From Polyangiales bacterium (GTDB lineage: Bacteria > Myxococcota_A > Polyangia > Polyangiales > Polyangiaceae): a DNA stretch of 64,000 bases. A model generated the notes under the pieces. The model saw nothing but the letters and a program-made list of their open reading frames with translations, ran no database searches and was not told where the DNA came from. Location of the stretch: the NCBI GenBank assembly GCA_038231275.1, contig JBBRLQ010000029.1:1-64000 (forward strand), given 5' to 3'. A program made the position numbers and the translations under genes. This document shows, in pieces, positions 27,509-37,365 of this stretch; within the stretch, counting starts at the first letter, position 1; each line of letters opens with the position of its first letter.

Positions 27509-28729
27509 ATGCCGCGCGTCCTCCACATCGAAGACGATCCCCGTAACCGGCTCCTGGTCCGCAAGCTGCTCGCGTCCGACGGGATCGACGTGATCGACGC
27601 GGCAGACGGCCTCGATGGCGTTCGACAGGCCCTGGCCCAGCGGCCCGATCTCATCCTCGTCGATCTCAACATCCCCGGCCTCGACGGCTACGAGGTCACG
27701 CTGCGGCTGCGAAGTGAGAACGCGCTAAAGGGCGTGCCGATCATCGCGATCACCGCGGAGGGCGACAAGGAGACGAGCTTCGCGGTCGGCTGCGACGGGT
27801 TCCTCCAGAAGCCGATCGACGCACGGCAGTTCGCGCGGCAGGTCCGTCAGTTCTTGGGGGGGCACCGCGAGCGATTGAACTCCAGCGCGGACGCGACGGG
27901 CGAGCGCCTCCGCATGCAGAGCGGGCGTATCGTCGGTCACCTCGAGGAGAAGGTCGCCGAGCTCAGCGCCGCCAACGATCGCCTGCGCGACATGGATCGC
28001 CTGCGCACCGAGTTCTACCGCAACATCTCGCACGAGCTCGCGACGCCGCTGACGCCGATTGTCGGTTACCTGCGGATGCTCATGGATGAGGAGCTCGGAC
28101 CGGTCACCAACTCGCAGCGAAAAGCGCTTCGGGCGATGGACGATTGCGTCCGTCGCCTCCGCGGAACGCTCGACAACCTCATCGACGTGACGGGCCTCGA
28201 GACCGGGAGGATGCGCTTTTTCCACAAGGACTACGATTTCTTGGACACCGTGCGCCGCGCGGTCGCGCAGCAGGCCGATCACTTCGCCGAGCGGCGGATC
28301 ACGCTGCTCGAGGAGTTCCCGCGCGGGGGCATGCCGGCATACGGCGACTCCGATCGCCTCATGCGCGCGATCGGGCAGCTCCTCGACAACGCCGCGAAGT
28401 TCACGCCGGAGGGGGGAACCGTCGGCGTGCTGGTTCGCCCGCTCGAAGCCACGTACGAGCTGTTCATCGCCGACAACGGCCCCGGCATCCCCCCCGATCG
28501 CGCCGAGCGCATTTTCGAGCCGTTTCTCCAGCTGGACGGCTCGCCCACGCGCGCGCACGGCGGCGTCGGCGTCGGCCTCGCGATCGTTCGTCGCGTCGCG
28601 CGCGGCCTCGGCGGAGACGCGCGCGTCACCGGCGGGATGACGATCGAAGGGCGTTACCTCTCGGGCGCGGCCTTCTGCCTGAGCGTCGCGAAGCGCGCGC
28701 CTACGGTCGTCCTCGAGGCGACGAACTAG
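27509..28729 (+). CDS. Hybrid response regulator-histidine kinase (REC-HisKA-HATPase)
   Basis: REC (IEDD, DLNIPGLDG, QKP); H-box SHELATPL; LLDNAAKFT; DNGPGI; GGVGVGLAI. Confidence 0.92.
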   Translation: MPRVLHIEDDPRNRLLVRKLLASDGIDVIDAADGLDGVRQALAQRPDLILVDLNIPGLDGYEVTLRLRSENALKGVPIIAITAEGDKETSFAVGCDGFLQKPIDARQFARQVRQFLGGHRERLNSSADATGERLRMQSGRIVGHLEEKVAELSAANDRLRDMDRLRTEFYRNISHELATPLTPIVGYLRMLMDEELGPVTNSQRKALRAMDDCVRRLRGTLDNLIDVTGLETGRMRFFHKDYDFLDTVRRAVAQQADHFAERRITLLEEFPRGGMPAYGDSDRLMRAIGQLLDNAAKFTPEGGTVGVLVRPLEATYELFIADNGPGIPPDRAERIFEPFLQLDGSPTRAHGGVGVGLAIVRRVARGLGGDARVTGGMTIEGRYLSGAAFCLSVAKRAPTVVLEATN

Positions 28730-29847
28730 TGCTCTATTTCGACTGGAACGCGACCGCGCCGCCGCTGCCCGCGGTCCTCGACGCCATGCGCGTCGCGGGC
28801 GAGCGGGGATGGGGGAACCCTTCGAGCATCCACGCCCGCGGACGCGCCGCGCGGAGCATCGTCGAAGACGCACGCGAGGCCGTCGGTCTCTTGACCGGTC
28901 GCGACGCGCGCGATGTCACGCTGACGGCAGGCGGTACCGAAGCGAACAACCTCGCCGTGCGGTCCGCGTTCGACGAAGGTGCGATCGGCGGCGTTCTCGT
29001 GACGAGCCGCCTCGAGCACCCGTCCGTCGCCAAGGTCGCCGAAGCGCTCGAGCGCGAGGGCAAGGCGCGCGTTCGGTGGGTGGACGTCCGCCCCGACGGC
29101 GCCGTGGATCTGACCGATTTCGATCGCGCGATGGACGATCCCGACGTGCGCCTCGTCGCCGTGCAGGCGGTCAACGGGGAGACCGGGGTGATCCAGCCGC
29201 TCGCCGAGATCTTCGCGCGAACGGGGAAACACCCCAAAAACCCTCGTGTCCACGTCGACGCCGTGCAAGCGTTCGGGAAGCTCAGCGATCTCTCGGTGCT
29301 CGCGCAGGCCGACACGCTCGCCGTCGCGGCCCACAAATTCCGCGGCCCCAAGAGCATCGGCGCCCTCGTCGCCCGTCCTGGCGCGCGCGTCACGCCCGTC
29401 CTCCTCGGCGGCTCGCAAGAGCGTGGGCTGCGTCCCGGCACGGTCGACCCGATCGGCGCCGCCGGCCTCGCGGTCGCCGCACGCCACGCCTGTACGTCTC
29501 CCGCCCGCTACGCCGATCTCGCCGCGCTCCGCGACCGGCTGGAGGCCGGCTTGCTCGCCCGCGGCGCGCGTCGGGTCGGCGAAGGGCCTCGCGTCCCTCA
29601 CGTCGCCAACCTGTCCTTCCGCGGGTGGGTCGGCGGCGAGCTCGTCGCCGCGCTCGACCTCGACGGCCTCTGCGTCTCGAGCGGCAGCGCCTGCAGCGCC
29701 GGGACGGTGGAGCCGTCGGTAGTCGTGTCCGCGATGCTCGGCCCCGAGATCGCCGTCACGTGCGTCCGCTTCTCGATGGGTGAAGCGACGACGCCTGCGG
29801 AGATCGACGAGGCCCTCGCGATCACGTCGCGCGTCCTCCTCCGTTGA
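28729..29847 (+). CDS. Cysteine desulfurase (IscS/NifS group I-like)
   Basis: YFDWNAT, GNPSSIH, GGTEANN, HVDAVQ, AHKFRGPK, SSGSACS. GTG overlaps upstream TAG. Confidence 0.92.
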   Translation: MLYFDWNATAPPLPAVLDAMRVAGERGWGNPSSIHARGRAARSIVEDAREAVGLLTGRDARDVTLTAGGTEANNLAVRSAFDEGAIGGVLVTSRLEHPSVAKVAEALEREGKARVRWVDVRPDGAVDLTDFDRAMDDPDVRLVAVQAVNGETGVIQPLAEIFARTGKHPKNPRVHVDAVQAFGKLSDLSVLAQADTLAVAAHKFRGPKSIGALVARPGARVTPVLLGGSQERGLRPGTVDPIGAAGLAVAARHACTSPARYADLAALRDRLEAGLLARGARRVGEGPRVPHVANLSFRGWVGGELVAALDLDGLCVSSGSACSAGTVEPSVVVSAMLGPEIAVTCVRFSMGEATTPAEIDEALAITSRVLLR

Positions 29848-30024
29848 GACTTTGGGTGAGGCGACACGTCGATCGCTGGCCCCTGGGGTCAGCTGTCATC
29901 GACAACGTGGCGTGATCGCTTTCGCTTCGCGTGCAGCGATCGATCGTGATACGCGTTCGTTTGAAAAGAGATCGTGAGGCCCGTGCCTGAACGCGCGTTC
30001 AACTCGTCGAATTTACTTCAATGA

Positions 30025-31878
30025 CTACTCGTAGAGTCTTGAATTCGGTGCAGAAGCCGCCGCAGCCCCGCCACCGAGCGAGATCGGAAGCCAGAAGGCC
30101 TTGATGCGCGAGTAGCTGCCCGAACGATCGTAACCCGCGAGGCCGAAGAGGACGTTCCACCAGTACCCCGTCGGATTTTCACCATACGAGAAGAGCGGCA
30201 GAAGGTGAAATTGCCAGTCGGTTCCGCCCGCGACTTTGCGCTCCATGTAGAGCGTGTTGCCTGCGACTTGGGTGAGCGAGCCGGCCTCGGTGTCGGCGAA
30301 GCGCCAGAAGACCGGGAAGCCGATCGTCGTTCGGCCTTTCTTGCTCGCGAAGTCCCAAAAGATCGGCGCGAGGACGGTGTGCGAGCTGTCGTCATTGCGA
30401 CCGAGGTAGACGAGCGGATGGATGTCGGTCTCCCAGCCGTGCAGGTCGCTCGACAGCGTGATGTTCGGGAAGAACCAGTACGAGCGCGAGACGCCGTAGC
30501 TCTCCCAGCGGCCGAAGAGCGGCGTCAGGATGCTCCAGCCGGTCGGGCCGCCGGTACCGAAGTAGAACGGCAGGATGCCGGTCGCGTGGTAGCCGATGTC
30601 GCGGTCCTTGTAGCCGTAGTAGACGGGCGCGAGCGGGCCGAACATCGTGAGCGACGTCGCCCCGTTGCGCGTGGTCGCGTGGGTCACGAACGGCGTGATG
30701 AGCGTGTCGGCGGTCTGCGTGACCCGCCGGAGGTACCCCGGCAGGACGAAGAGCGACTGCTTGTCGGTGTACCCGTAGTGGAAGAACGGGAAGAGCGTCG
30801 TGTGGCTCTCTCGAATGCCGCCCGTCTCCGGCGTGCCGCGAATCGTGAAAAGAAGAGGGGCGACGTCGAAGATGCGGCGCTTCGGCGTGCTCGCCGAGAT
30901 GACCGGCCCGATGACGGTGAGCGCGCTCTCGTCGAGCTCTCGCTCGCGATGGAAGTAGAGGAGGGGCGGGATGAGCGTGTAGGTCTTGCGCGCGCCGTCG
31001 GCGTTGCCGTTGTCGCCGTGGAACACGAACGGGGCGACGCCCCAATCCACGTCGCTGCCGGTCCGATCGCGGAAGTACGGCCCTGCCAGTGTGAACGCGC
31101 CTTTTTCGCCCCAGTGCGAGGTGGTGAGGAGCGCCGGCAAGTGAAGGTACCCGCCGTCCTTTCGCGAGCCCTCGAAGACGAGGGGCGCCGCCCAGTTGTC
31201 GTGCTCGTTCGGCGCCTCTCGATGGGCGAGGGGCCCCAGCACGAGCACGTGATTCTCGCGGTCGCGGACGCGCCAGGCGAGCGGGAACACGATGTCGGCG
31301 TCCATCTTCGGGGACCGGCGCCGGTAATAGAGGAGGCCCGTGAGCGACTCGGTGTCCTCTTGCGCCGTCCCTTCGCCGCGCGTGTGCTCGAGGTAGAGCG
31401 GCGGGATCATCCGGAACCTGTAGTCGCCGCGCCGCTCCTGGTAATACGGGAAATACTGGCGTTCGAGCTCGCCCGTCGGGGGCGGGAGGCGCAGATCGGA
31501 GTCGGTCCCGATCTTCTTCTTGGCCTCGGGCGGGATTTCGAGCGGATCGGCGGGGGCCTGGGCGACGGGCTCGGCGCGCTGGGTGACCTGGATGCGCGCC
31601 GCGTCGTCGTCGTCGCCGCCGCTGCGCGGGCCCACGGTCTTGTTCTGCGTCGGAGAGGACTGCGTAGGGGCCCGCTGCGCGGGGTTGCCTGCGCCGCCGC
31701 GCCCGCCGAGCTGCGCATAGGCAGACGACGACGCGAGCATGAGCGACATGGCAACGCCGAACCGGAAGCCAGCCCGCTCGAACGTCCGACGAAAGGCGTG
31801 CTCCACCTTGTGCCCGCGCGCGATCTCGCCCGGCAAGATGTCGTTCATTCCTTTGACGGCACGCAGCTGTGTCTTCAA
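30025..31878 (-). CDS. Secreted or outer-membrane protein with many aromatic-Pro repeats (xxFPxFW-like); N-terminus resembles the start of HisS
   Basis: Signal peptide FGVAMSLMLASSSAYA-Q; repeats IPPLYL, VFPLAW, IPPLLY, LFPFFH, LAPIFW, GFPVFW. Start uncertain (31878 TTG, 31848 ATG or 31749 ATG). Confidence 0.7.
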   Translation of the reverse strand: MKTQLRAVKGMNDILPGEIARGHKVEHAFRRTFERAGFRFGVAMSLMLASSSAYAQLGGRGGAGNPAQRAPTQSSPTQNKTVGPRSGGDDDDAARIQVTQRAEPVAQAPADPLEIPPEAKKKIGTDSDLRLPPPTGELERQYFPYYQERRGDYRFRMIPPLYLEHTRGEGTAQEDTESLTGLLYYRRRSPKMDADIVFPLAWRVRDRENHVLVLGPLAHREAPNEHDNWAAPLVFEGSRKDGGYLHLPALLTTSHWGEKGAFTLAGPYFRDRTGSDVDWGVAPFVFHGDNGNADGARKTYTLIPPLLYFHRERELDESALTVIGPVISASTPKRRIFDVAPLLFTIRGTPETGGIRESHTTLFPFFHYGYTDKQSLFVLPGYLRRVTQTADTLITPFVTHATTRNGATSLTMFGPLAPVYYGYKDRDIGYHATGILPFYFGTGGPTGWSILTPLFGRWESYGVSRSYWFFPNITLSSDLHGWETDIHPLVYLGRNDDSSHTVLAPIFWDFASKKGRTTIGFPVFWRFADTEAGSLTQVAGNTLYMERKVAGGTDWQFHLLPLFSYGENPTGYWWNVLFGLAGYDRSGSYSRIKAFWLPISLGGGAAAASAPNSRLYE

Positions 31879-32000
31879 GTCGCCGGGTCTTATCGCCTTT
31901 TCCGACGAAGGGAGCAAGCTGCGATGTGCCTTCCCGCGCAACCACGTGGCACGAGGGAATGCTGGCGGATCCGGCGCGGGCGCGCTAAGCGTTTTGGCCC

Positions 32001-32441
32001 GTGGTGAGGGGACGCACGATTGCGCTGGATTTGGGGAGCGTCCGGGTCGGCGTCGCGATCGACGACGAGCTCGGCAGCATGGCCCACCCGCGCGGCGTCC
32101 TCGACGGCAAGGACCGCGGAAAGCTGATGCGCTCGCTCAAAGACCTCGTCGCCGCCGAGAACGTGGTGCGCTTCGTCGTCGGCCTCCCGCTCGACATGAG
32201 CGGAGGGGAGGGGGACGCCGCGCAGAAGGCCCGCGCGATCGCGCAGCAGATCGCCGACGCCACCGGCTGCGACGTCGAGCTCTGGGACGAGCGCCTCTCC
32301 ACCGTGCAAGCTGCGCGAGAGCTCCGCGCGAGCGAGGTTCGTGGGAAGAAGGCCAAGGCCCGAATCGACGAGGCGGCGGCGTGCATGATCCTCCAAGCGT
32401 GGCTCGATCAGCCGCGCGCGCGCGCCGGCGGGGACACGTGA
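32001..32441 (+). CDS. ruvX: YqgF/RuvX family nuclease
   Basis: IALDLGSVRVGVA, VVGLP, WDERLST, IDEAAACMILQAWL; directly upstream of mltG. Confidence 0.93.
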   Translation: MVRGRTIALDLGSVRVGVAIDDELGSMAHPRGVLDGKDRGKLMRSLKDLVAAENVVRFVVGLPLDMSGGEGDAAQKARAIAQQIADATGCDVELWDERLSTVQAARELRASEVRGKKAKARIDEAAACMILQAWLDQPRARAGGDT

Positions 32442-33670
32442 CCGAGACCTCTTCCCCTATCAGCAGCGGCAGCGGCAGCAGCGGCGGCGGCGACGCAGGC
32501 GACCAAGAGCCGCGGCGACGGCGACGACGCAAGAAGCGCCGGTCCCGCAAGAGCAACCCCAACGAGCCGGCGCCGCTCTCGCCCCGCGAGCGCTCGCTTC
32601 GACGCGCAGGGTGGGCGGCGCTCACGATCCTCTGCGTGCTCCTCCTCGGCGGCGCGCTCCTCACGATCGTCTACCCGTCGCGCCATGGACCGGGCAGCGG
32701 ACGCGACGTCGAGCTCACCGTCGTCGGCGACGAGACGCCGGCAGCGCTCGCCGGTCGCCTCCACGCCGCCGGCCTCATCGCCAACCCCTCGCTCTTCGCC
32801 GCGTACGTTCGCCTGTCCGGCGCGGACGGCCACGTCGCGCGGGGACCGCACCTCCTCACCGACGATCTCTCGCCGCGCGAGGTGCTGAACCGCCTCGAGC
32901 GCCGCGGCGCCGCGACCCACGTGCGCGTCACGTTCCCCGAGGGATGGACGCGCTGGGACCTCGGCAAGCGCCTCCAGGCAAACCACGTCTGCACGCAGCG
33001 CGCGTTCCTCGACGCGACCGAGGACAAGGCGCTCCTCGACGAGCTGCACGTCGAAGGCCCGAGCATCGAGGGTTTCCTCTTCCCGGCGACCTACGAGCTC
33101 GCGACCGACTCGGAGGGGGCCGACGTCGTGCGCCGCCTGAAGGCCGAGTTCGACAAGCGCTGGTTCTCCCTCGAGCAGCGCCACCCCTACGGCGTCCTCG
33201 ATCTGTCGCAGACCCTCCACTGGGGAATGCGCGAGGTCGTGATCCTCGCGTCGATCATCGAGAAGGAGGCGGCGGTCGAGGACGAGCGGCGCATCATCGC
33301 CAGCGTCTTTCTCAACCGCATGCGCGACCCCAACTTCAAGAAGAAGGTGCTCCAGTCGGACCCGAGCGCCGGCTACGGCTGCCTCCTCTTGAAGGACAAG
33401 CTCGCGTCGTGTGCAAACTACACGGGTCGCATCACGCACGACGTGAACGTGGACCCCGACAACCCGTACAGCACGTACACCCACGAAGGCCTGCCCCCCG
33501 GCCCCATCTGCAACCCCGGCGCGCACTCGATCGAGGCCGTCATGAGCCCGGCGGTGACGCACTACCTCTATTTCGTCGCGAAGGGCGAGGGGCGCCACAC
33601 CTTCAGCGACACGTACGAAGGGCACGTCGCGGCGGTCAAGGACAGCGGGCCTCGGAGCCCGCCGAAGTGA
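32438..33670 (+). CDS. mltG: Endolytic peptidoglycan transglycosylase MltG
   Basis: N-terminal TM; VTFPEG, EGFLFPATY, LASIIEKE, SVFLNR, LQSDP, GLPPGPICNPG, YLYFVA. Confidence 0.93.
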   Translation: MTETSSPISSGSGSSGGGDAGDQEPRRRRRRKKRRSRKSNPNEPAPLSPRERSLRRAGWAALTILCVLLLGGALLTIVYPSRHGPGSGRDVELTVVGDETPAALAGRLHAAGLIANPSLFAAYVRLSGADGHVARGPHLLTDDLSPREVLNRLERRGAATHVRVTFPEGWTRWDLGKRLQANHVCTQRAFLDATEDKALLDELHVEGPSIEGFLFPATYELATDSEGADVVRRLKAEFDKRWFSLEQRHPYGVLDLSQTLHWGMREVVILASIIEKEAAVEDERRIIASVFLNRMRDPNFKKKVLQSDPSAGYGCLLLKDKLASCANYTGRITHDVNVDPDNPYSTYTHEGLPPGPICNPGAHSIEAVMSPAVTHYLYFVAKGEGRHTFSDTYEGHVAAVKDSGPRSPPK

Positions 33671-33733
33671 GCGAATTCGCGCCGCCAAGATGCCCTTGGC
33701 GTCTGCCGGCGCGGTGGTAACGTGTTCGTCCTC

Positions 33734-34273
33734 ATGAAGCGCTCGATCTTCGCCGTCGTCTGCTTGCTCTTCGTCACCCTCGCCGCCAGCGCGTGGGCGC
33801 TCGATCCCGACAAGAACGGCTGGTACTTCACCGGCAGCGGCGTCCGGACCAAGAGCGTCGCGTTCGTCAGCGTGAAGGTCTACGCCATCCGCCACGACAT
33901 GAAGGCGCTGCCGCCGAGCAAGTCGAAGCAGGCGATCGTCGAGGCCGACGTCGACAAGAAAATAACCTTCCGCATGCTCCGCGACGTCGACGCCGAGAAG
34001 ATCCAGGACGCCCTCAAGGACGCCTACAAGATGAACGGCTGGTCCGACGGCAGCAAGACGGGCCCCTTCCTCGGCGCCATGAACAAAGAGCTGAAGGAGG
34101 GGACGTACGTGACCATCTCGTACAACGCCGGGAGCAAGACGACGTCGATCAGCGTGTCGAACGGCGGCAACGCGAGCGTCGCGGGCATCGACTTCATGAA
34201 GGCGACGTGGAGCATCTGGTTCGGCAAGATCGATCAGCCGTCGCTCGGCGACGCGATGATGGGCAACCTGTAG
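33734..34273 (+). CDS. Secreted chalcone-isomerase-like fold protein
   Basis: Signal peptide; GSGVRTKSVAFVSVKVYA; FMKATWSIWFG. Confidence 0.75.
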   Translation: MKRSIFAVVCLLFVTLAASAWALDPDKNGWYFTGSGVRTKSVAFVSVKVYAIRHDMKALPPSKSKQAIVEADVDKKITFRMLRDVDAEKIQDALKDAYKMNGWSDGSKTGPFLGAMNKELKEGTYVTISYNAGSKTTSISVSNGGNASVAGIDFMKATWSIWFGKIDQPSLGDAMMGNL

Positions 34274-34283
34274 AGCGGAAACG

Positions 34284-35276
34284 ATGATCCTCGCGGGCGA
34301 CGTCGGCGGGACGAACGCGCGCTTCGCGCTCTTCGACGTCAGCGGGCAGAGGCGCGTACGGCAAGAGTCGCTCGCCAGCGCCGACTACCGCAGCTTGGAG
34401 GACGCGATCCGTGCGTTCCTCGGCAAAGATCCCCCGCGCGTCGAGGCGGCGACGTTCGGCATCGCCGGGCCGGTCGTGAACGGAAAGGCGACGCTCACGA
34501 ACCTCGGCTGGCAGGTGGAGGCGCGCGCGCTCGGCGCATCGCTCGGCATCCCGCGCGTGGCGCTCCTGAACGATCTCGTCGCGCTCGCGTTCGGCGCGTT
34601 GGCGGTGCCGCGCGAGAAGCTCCGTCCGCTGCGCGGCGACGCGGTCCCCCAACAAACCGGCGCCAACGTCGCGGTCATCGCGGCCGGCACCGGTCTCGGG
34701 GAGGCGTCCTTGGTGTGGGACGGCGAGAGGCACGTGCCGTGCGCAACGGAGGGCGGACACGTCGACTTCGCGCCGCGCGATCGGCTGGAGTTCGAGCTGC
34801 TCGAGTACCTGCAAGCGCGGTTCGGCGGGCACGTGAGCTACGAGCGCATCGTGGCCGGCCCGGGCATCGGCAACCTGTACGACTTCTTCGTCTCGGTGAA
34901 GGGCCTCGCGGATCCGCCGGAGATCGCCGAGCGCATCGCCGCCGCCGCCGACCGCAACAAAGAGATCTTCGCACAGGCGGTCGCCGGTGCGAGTCCGGTC
35001 GGCGAGCAGGTCCTCGGCCGCTTCGCGAGCCTCTACGGCGCCGAGGCAGGGAACCTCGCGCTGAAGACGCTCGCGACCGGCGGCGTCTTCGTGTGCGGCG
35101 GGATCGCCGCGCACTACTCGGACGAGCTCGTTCGTCGCGGCTTCGTCGAGGCGTTCGTCGCGAAGGGCCGCTTCGCCGGCCTCCTCGAGCGCGTGCCCGT
35201 CGCGGTCGTGCTCGACACCGACATCGGTCTCTCGGGCAGCGCGTCCTACGCCGCTCGTGCTGCGCGAAGCGGCTGA
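34284..35276 (+). CDS. glk: Glucokinase
   Basis: ILAGDVGGTNARFA, LTNLGW, LLND, AGTGLGE, TEGGHVDFAP, GGVFVCGGIA. Confidence 0.95.
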   Translation: MILAGDVGGTNARFALFDVSGQRRVRQESLASADYRSLEDAIRAFLGKDPPRVEAATFGIAGPVVNGKATLTNLGWQVEARALGASLGIPRVALLNDLVALAFGALAVPREKLRPLRGDAVPQQTGANVAVIAAGTGLGEASLVWDGERHVPCATEGGHVDFAPRDRLEFELLEYLQARFGGHVSYERIVAGPGIGNLYDFFVSVKGLADPPEIAERIAAAADRNKEIFAQAVAGASPVGEQVLGRFASLYGAEAGNLALKTLATGGVFVCGGIAAHYSDELVRRGFVEAFVAKGRFAGLLERVPVAVVLDTDIGLSGSASYAARAARSG

Positions 35277-35364
35277 AAAAGGCGCCTTTCCGCGCGCCGC
35301 CGCCCGTCGTCGCCGAGGCAAGTCCTGTGATATGCCAAGGGCCCATCTCACCCGAGGAAACGCC

Positions 35365-37359
35365 ATGCCGCGCGACTACGATCCGAAGACCATCCAGCTC
35401 GCCGTCGACACCATCAAGACGCTTTCGATCGACGGCGTCGAGAAGGCCAACAGCGGCCACCCGGGCACGCCGATGGGCCTGTCGAACATCGCGTTCGAGC
35501 TCTGGACGCGCTACCTCCGCTACGATCCGAAGGATCCGCAGTGGCCGGGGCGCGATCGGTTCGTCCTCTCGTGCGGCCACGCGTCGATGCTCCTCTATTC
35601 GATGCTCCACCTCTCGGGGTACGACCTGCCGCTCGCGCAGCTGCAGCAGTTCCGTCAGTGGGACAGCAAGACGCCGGGGCACCCCGAGCACGGCCTCACG
35701 CCGGGCGTAGAGACGACCACCGGCCCCCTCGGCGCCGGCGTCAGCAACATCGTCGGCTTCGCGCTCGCCGCCAAGATGCACGCGGCGCGCTTCGGCGAGC
35801 CGACCAAGGGCGTGCGCATCTTCGGCCTCTGCTCGGACGGCGACCTGATGGAAGGCATCAGCCACGAGGCCGCGAGCATCGCGGGGCACCTCGGGCTCGG
35901 CAACATCGTCCTCATCTACGACGACAACCACATCACGATCGAGGGCGACACCGAGCTCGCGTACACCGACGACGCCGCCAAGCGCTTCGAGAGCTACGGC
36001 TGGTTCTCGCAGAAGATCGACGGCCACGATCACGCGCAAATTCGCGCGGCGATCGACAAGGCGCTCGCGCAGAACAAGCCCGCGTTCATCCAAGCCCGCA
36101 CGCACATCGCGAACGGCGCGCCCAAGGCGCACGACACGGCGGAAGCGCACGGCGCGCCGCTCGGCAAAGAAGAGATCGCCGCCACCAAGAAGGCGATGGG
36201 CTGGGATCCCGACAAGACCTTCTACGTTCCCGAGCAAGTCTACGCGCTCTTCAAGGATCGCGCGGCCGACAACCAGAAGGAGCACGCCGCGTGGCAAACG
36301 CGCGTGGACGCGTGGGCGAAGGCCAACCCCGAGCTGGCCGCGCAAGAGAAGGCGTTCATGTCGCGTGCGATGCCGAAGGATCTCTTCGAGCAGCTCCTGA
36401 AGGCGATCCCCGAGAAGGACGACGCGACGCGCAACCTCTCGAACGCGATCCAGCAGGCGGCGGCGACGCTCGTCCCGTCGCTCGTCGGCGGCTCGGCCGA
36501 CCTCGCGCCGTCCACCAAGACGCTCATCAAGAACGGCGGCAGCGTGAACACCGCCGAGTTCGCGGGCAGAAACCTCCACTTCGGCATCCGCGAGCACGGG
36601 ATGGGCGGTGTGGTGAACGGCATGGCGCTGTTCGGCGGGTTCATCCCCTATGGCTCGACGTTCCTCATCTTCAGTGACTACATGCGCCCGGCGATTCGCC
36701 TCTCGTCGCTCATGGAGCTGCCGTGCATCTGGATCTACACGCACGACTCGATCATGCTCGGCGAGGACGGGCCGACGCATCAGCCGATCGAGCAGCTGTG
36801 GGCGCTGCGGCTCATCCCGCACCTCCACGTCGTCCGCCCCGCCGACGGGCTCGAGTGCGCCGCCGCGTGGACGATGGCGCTCGAGCGCAAGAACGGCCCC
36901 ACGCTGTTCGCGCTGTCGCGCCAGAAGCTCCCGACGATCAAGCGTGACGCCGGCTTCGATCCGAGGAGCGCCCTCCGCGGCGCGTACATCGCGCAGGAGG
37001 CCACGGGCGGGAAGCCCGAGATCGTGATCATCGCGACGGGCGGCGAGGTCGGCCTCGCGATGGGCGCGCGAGAGCGCCTGGAGAAGGACGGCCGCAAGGT
37101 CCGCGTCGTCTCGGCGCCCTGCCTCGAGCAGTTCGCGGAGCAGGATCAGGCCTACCGCGATCAGGTCCTCCCGCCGGGCGTGCGGCGCGTGTCGATCGAG
37201 GCGGGCCGCTCGGATCCGTGGCGCATCTGGGTCGGCGACACCGGTCTCCCGATCGGCATCGATCGCTTCGGCGCGAGCGCGCCCGACAAGGTGCTCGCGG
37301 AGAAGCTCGGCATGAGCGTCGACAACGTCGTCGCGCGCATCGGCGCCTGGCTGAAGTAA
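35365..37359 (+). CDS. tkt: Transketolase
   Basis: NSGHPG, RDRFVLSCGH, ETTTGPLG, SDGDLMEG, FGIREHGM, THDSIMLGEDGPTHQP. Confidence 0.97.
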   Translation: MPRDYDPKTIQLAVDTIKTLSIDGVEKANSGHPGTPMGLSNIAFELWTRYLRYDPKDPQWPGRDRFVLSCGHASMLLYSMLHLSGYDLPLAQLQQFRQWDSKTPGHPEHGLTPGVETTTGPLGAGVSNIVGFALAAKMHAARFGEPTKGVRIFGLCSDGDLMEGISHEAASIAGHLGLGNIVLIYDDNHITIEGDTELAYTDDAAKRFESYGWFSQKIDGHDHAQIRAAIDKALAQNKPAFIQARTHIANGAPKAHDTAEAHGAPLGKEEIAATKKAMGWDPDKTFYVPEQVYALFKDRAADNQKEHAAWQTRVDAWAKANPELAAQEKAFMSRAMPKDLFEQLLKAIPEKDDATRNLSNAIQQAAATLVPSLVGGSADLAPSTKTLIKNGGSVNTAEFAGRNLHFGIREHGMGGVVNGMALFGGFIPYGSTFLIFSDYMRPAIRLSSLMELPCIWIYTHDSIMLGEDGPTHQPIEQLWALRLIPHLHVVRPADGLECAAAWTMALERKNGPTLFALSRQKLPTIKRDAGFDPRSALRGAYIAQEATGGKPEIVIIATGGEVGLAMGARERLEKDGRKVRVVSAPCLEQFAEQDQAYRDQVLPPGVRRVSIEAGRSDPWRIWVGDTGLPIGIDRFGASAPDKVLAEKLGMSVDNVVARIGAWLK

Positions 37360-37365
37360 CGGCCG

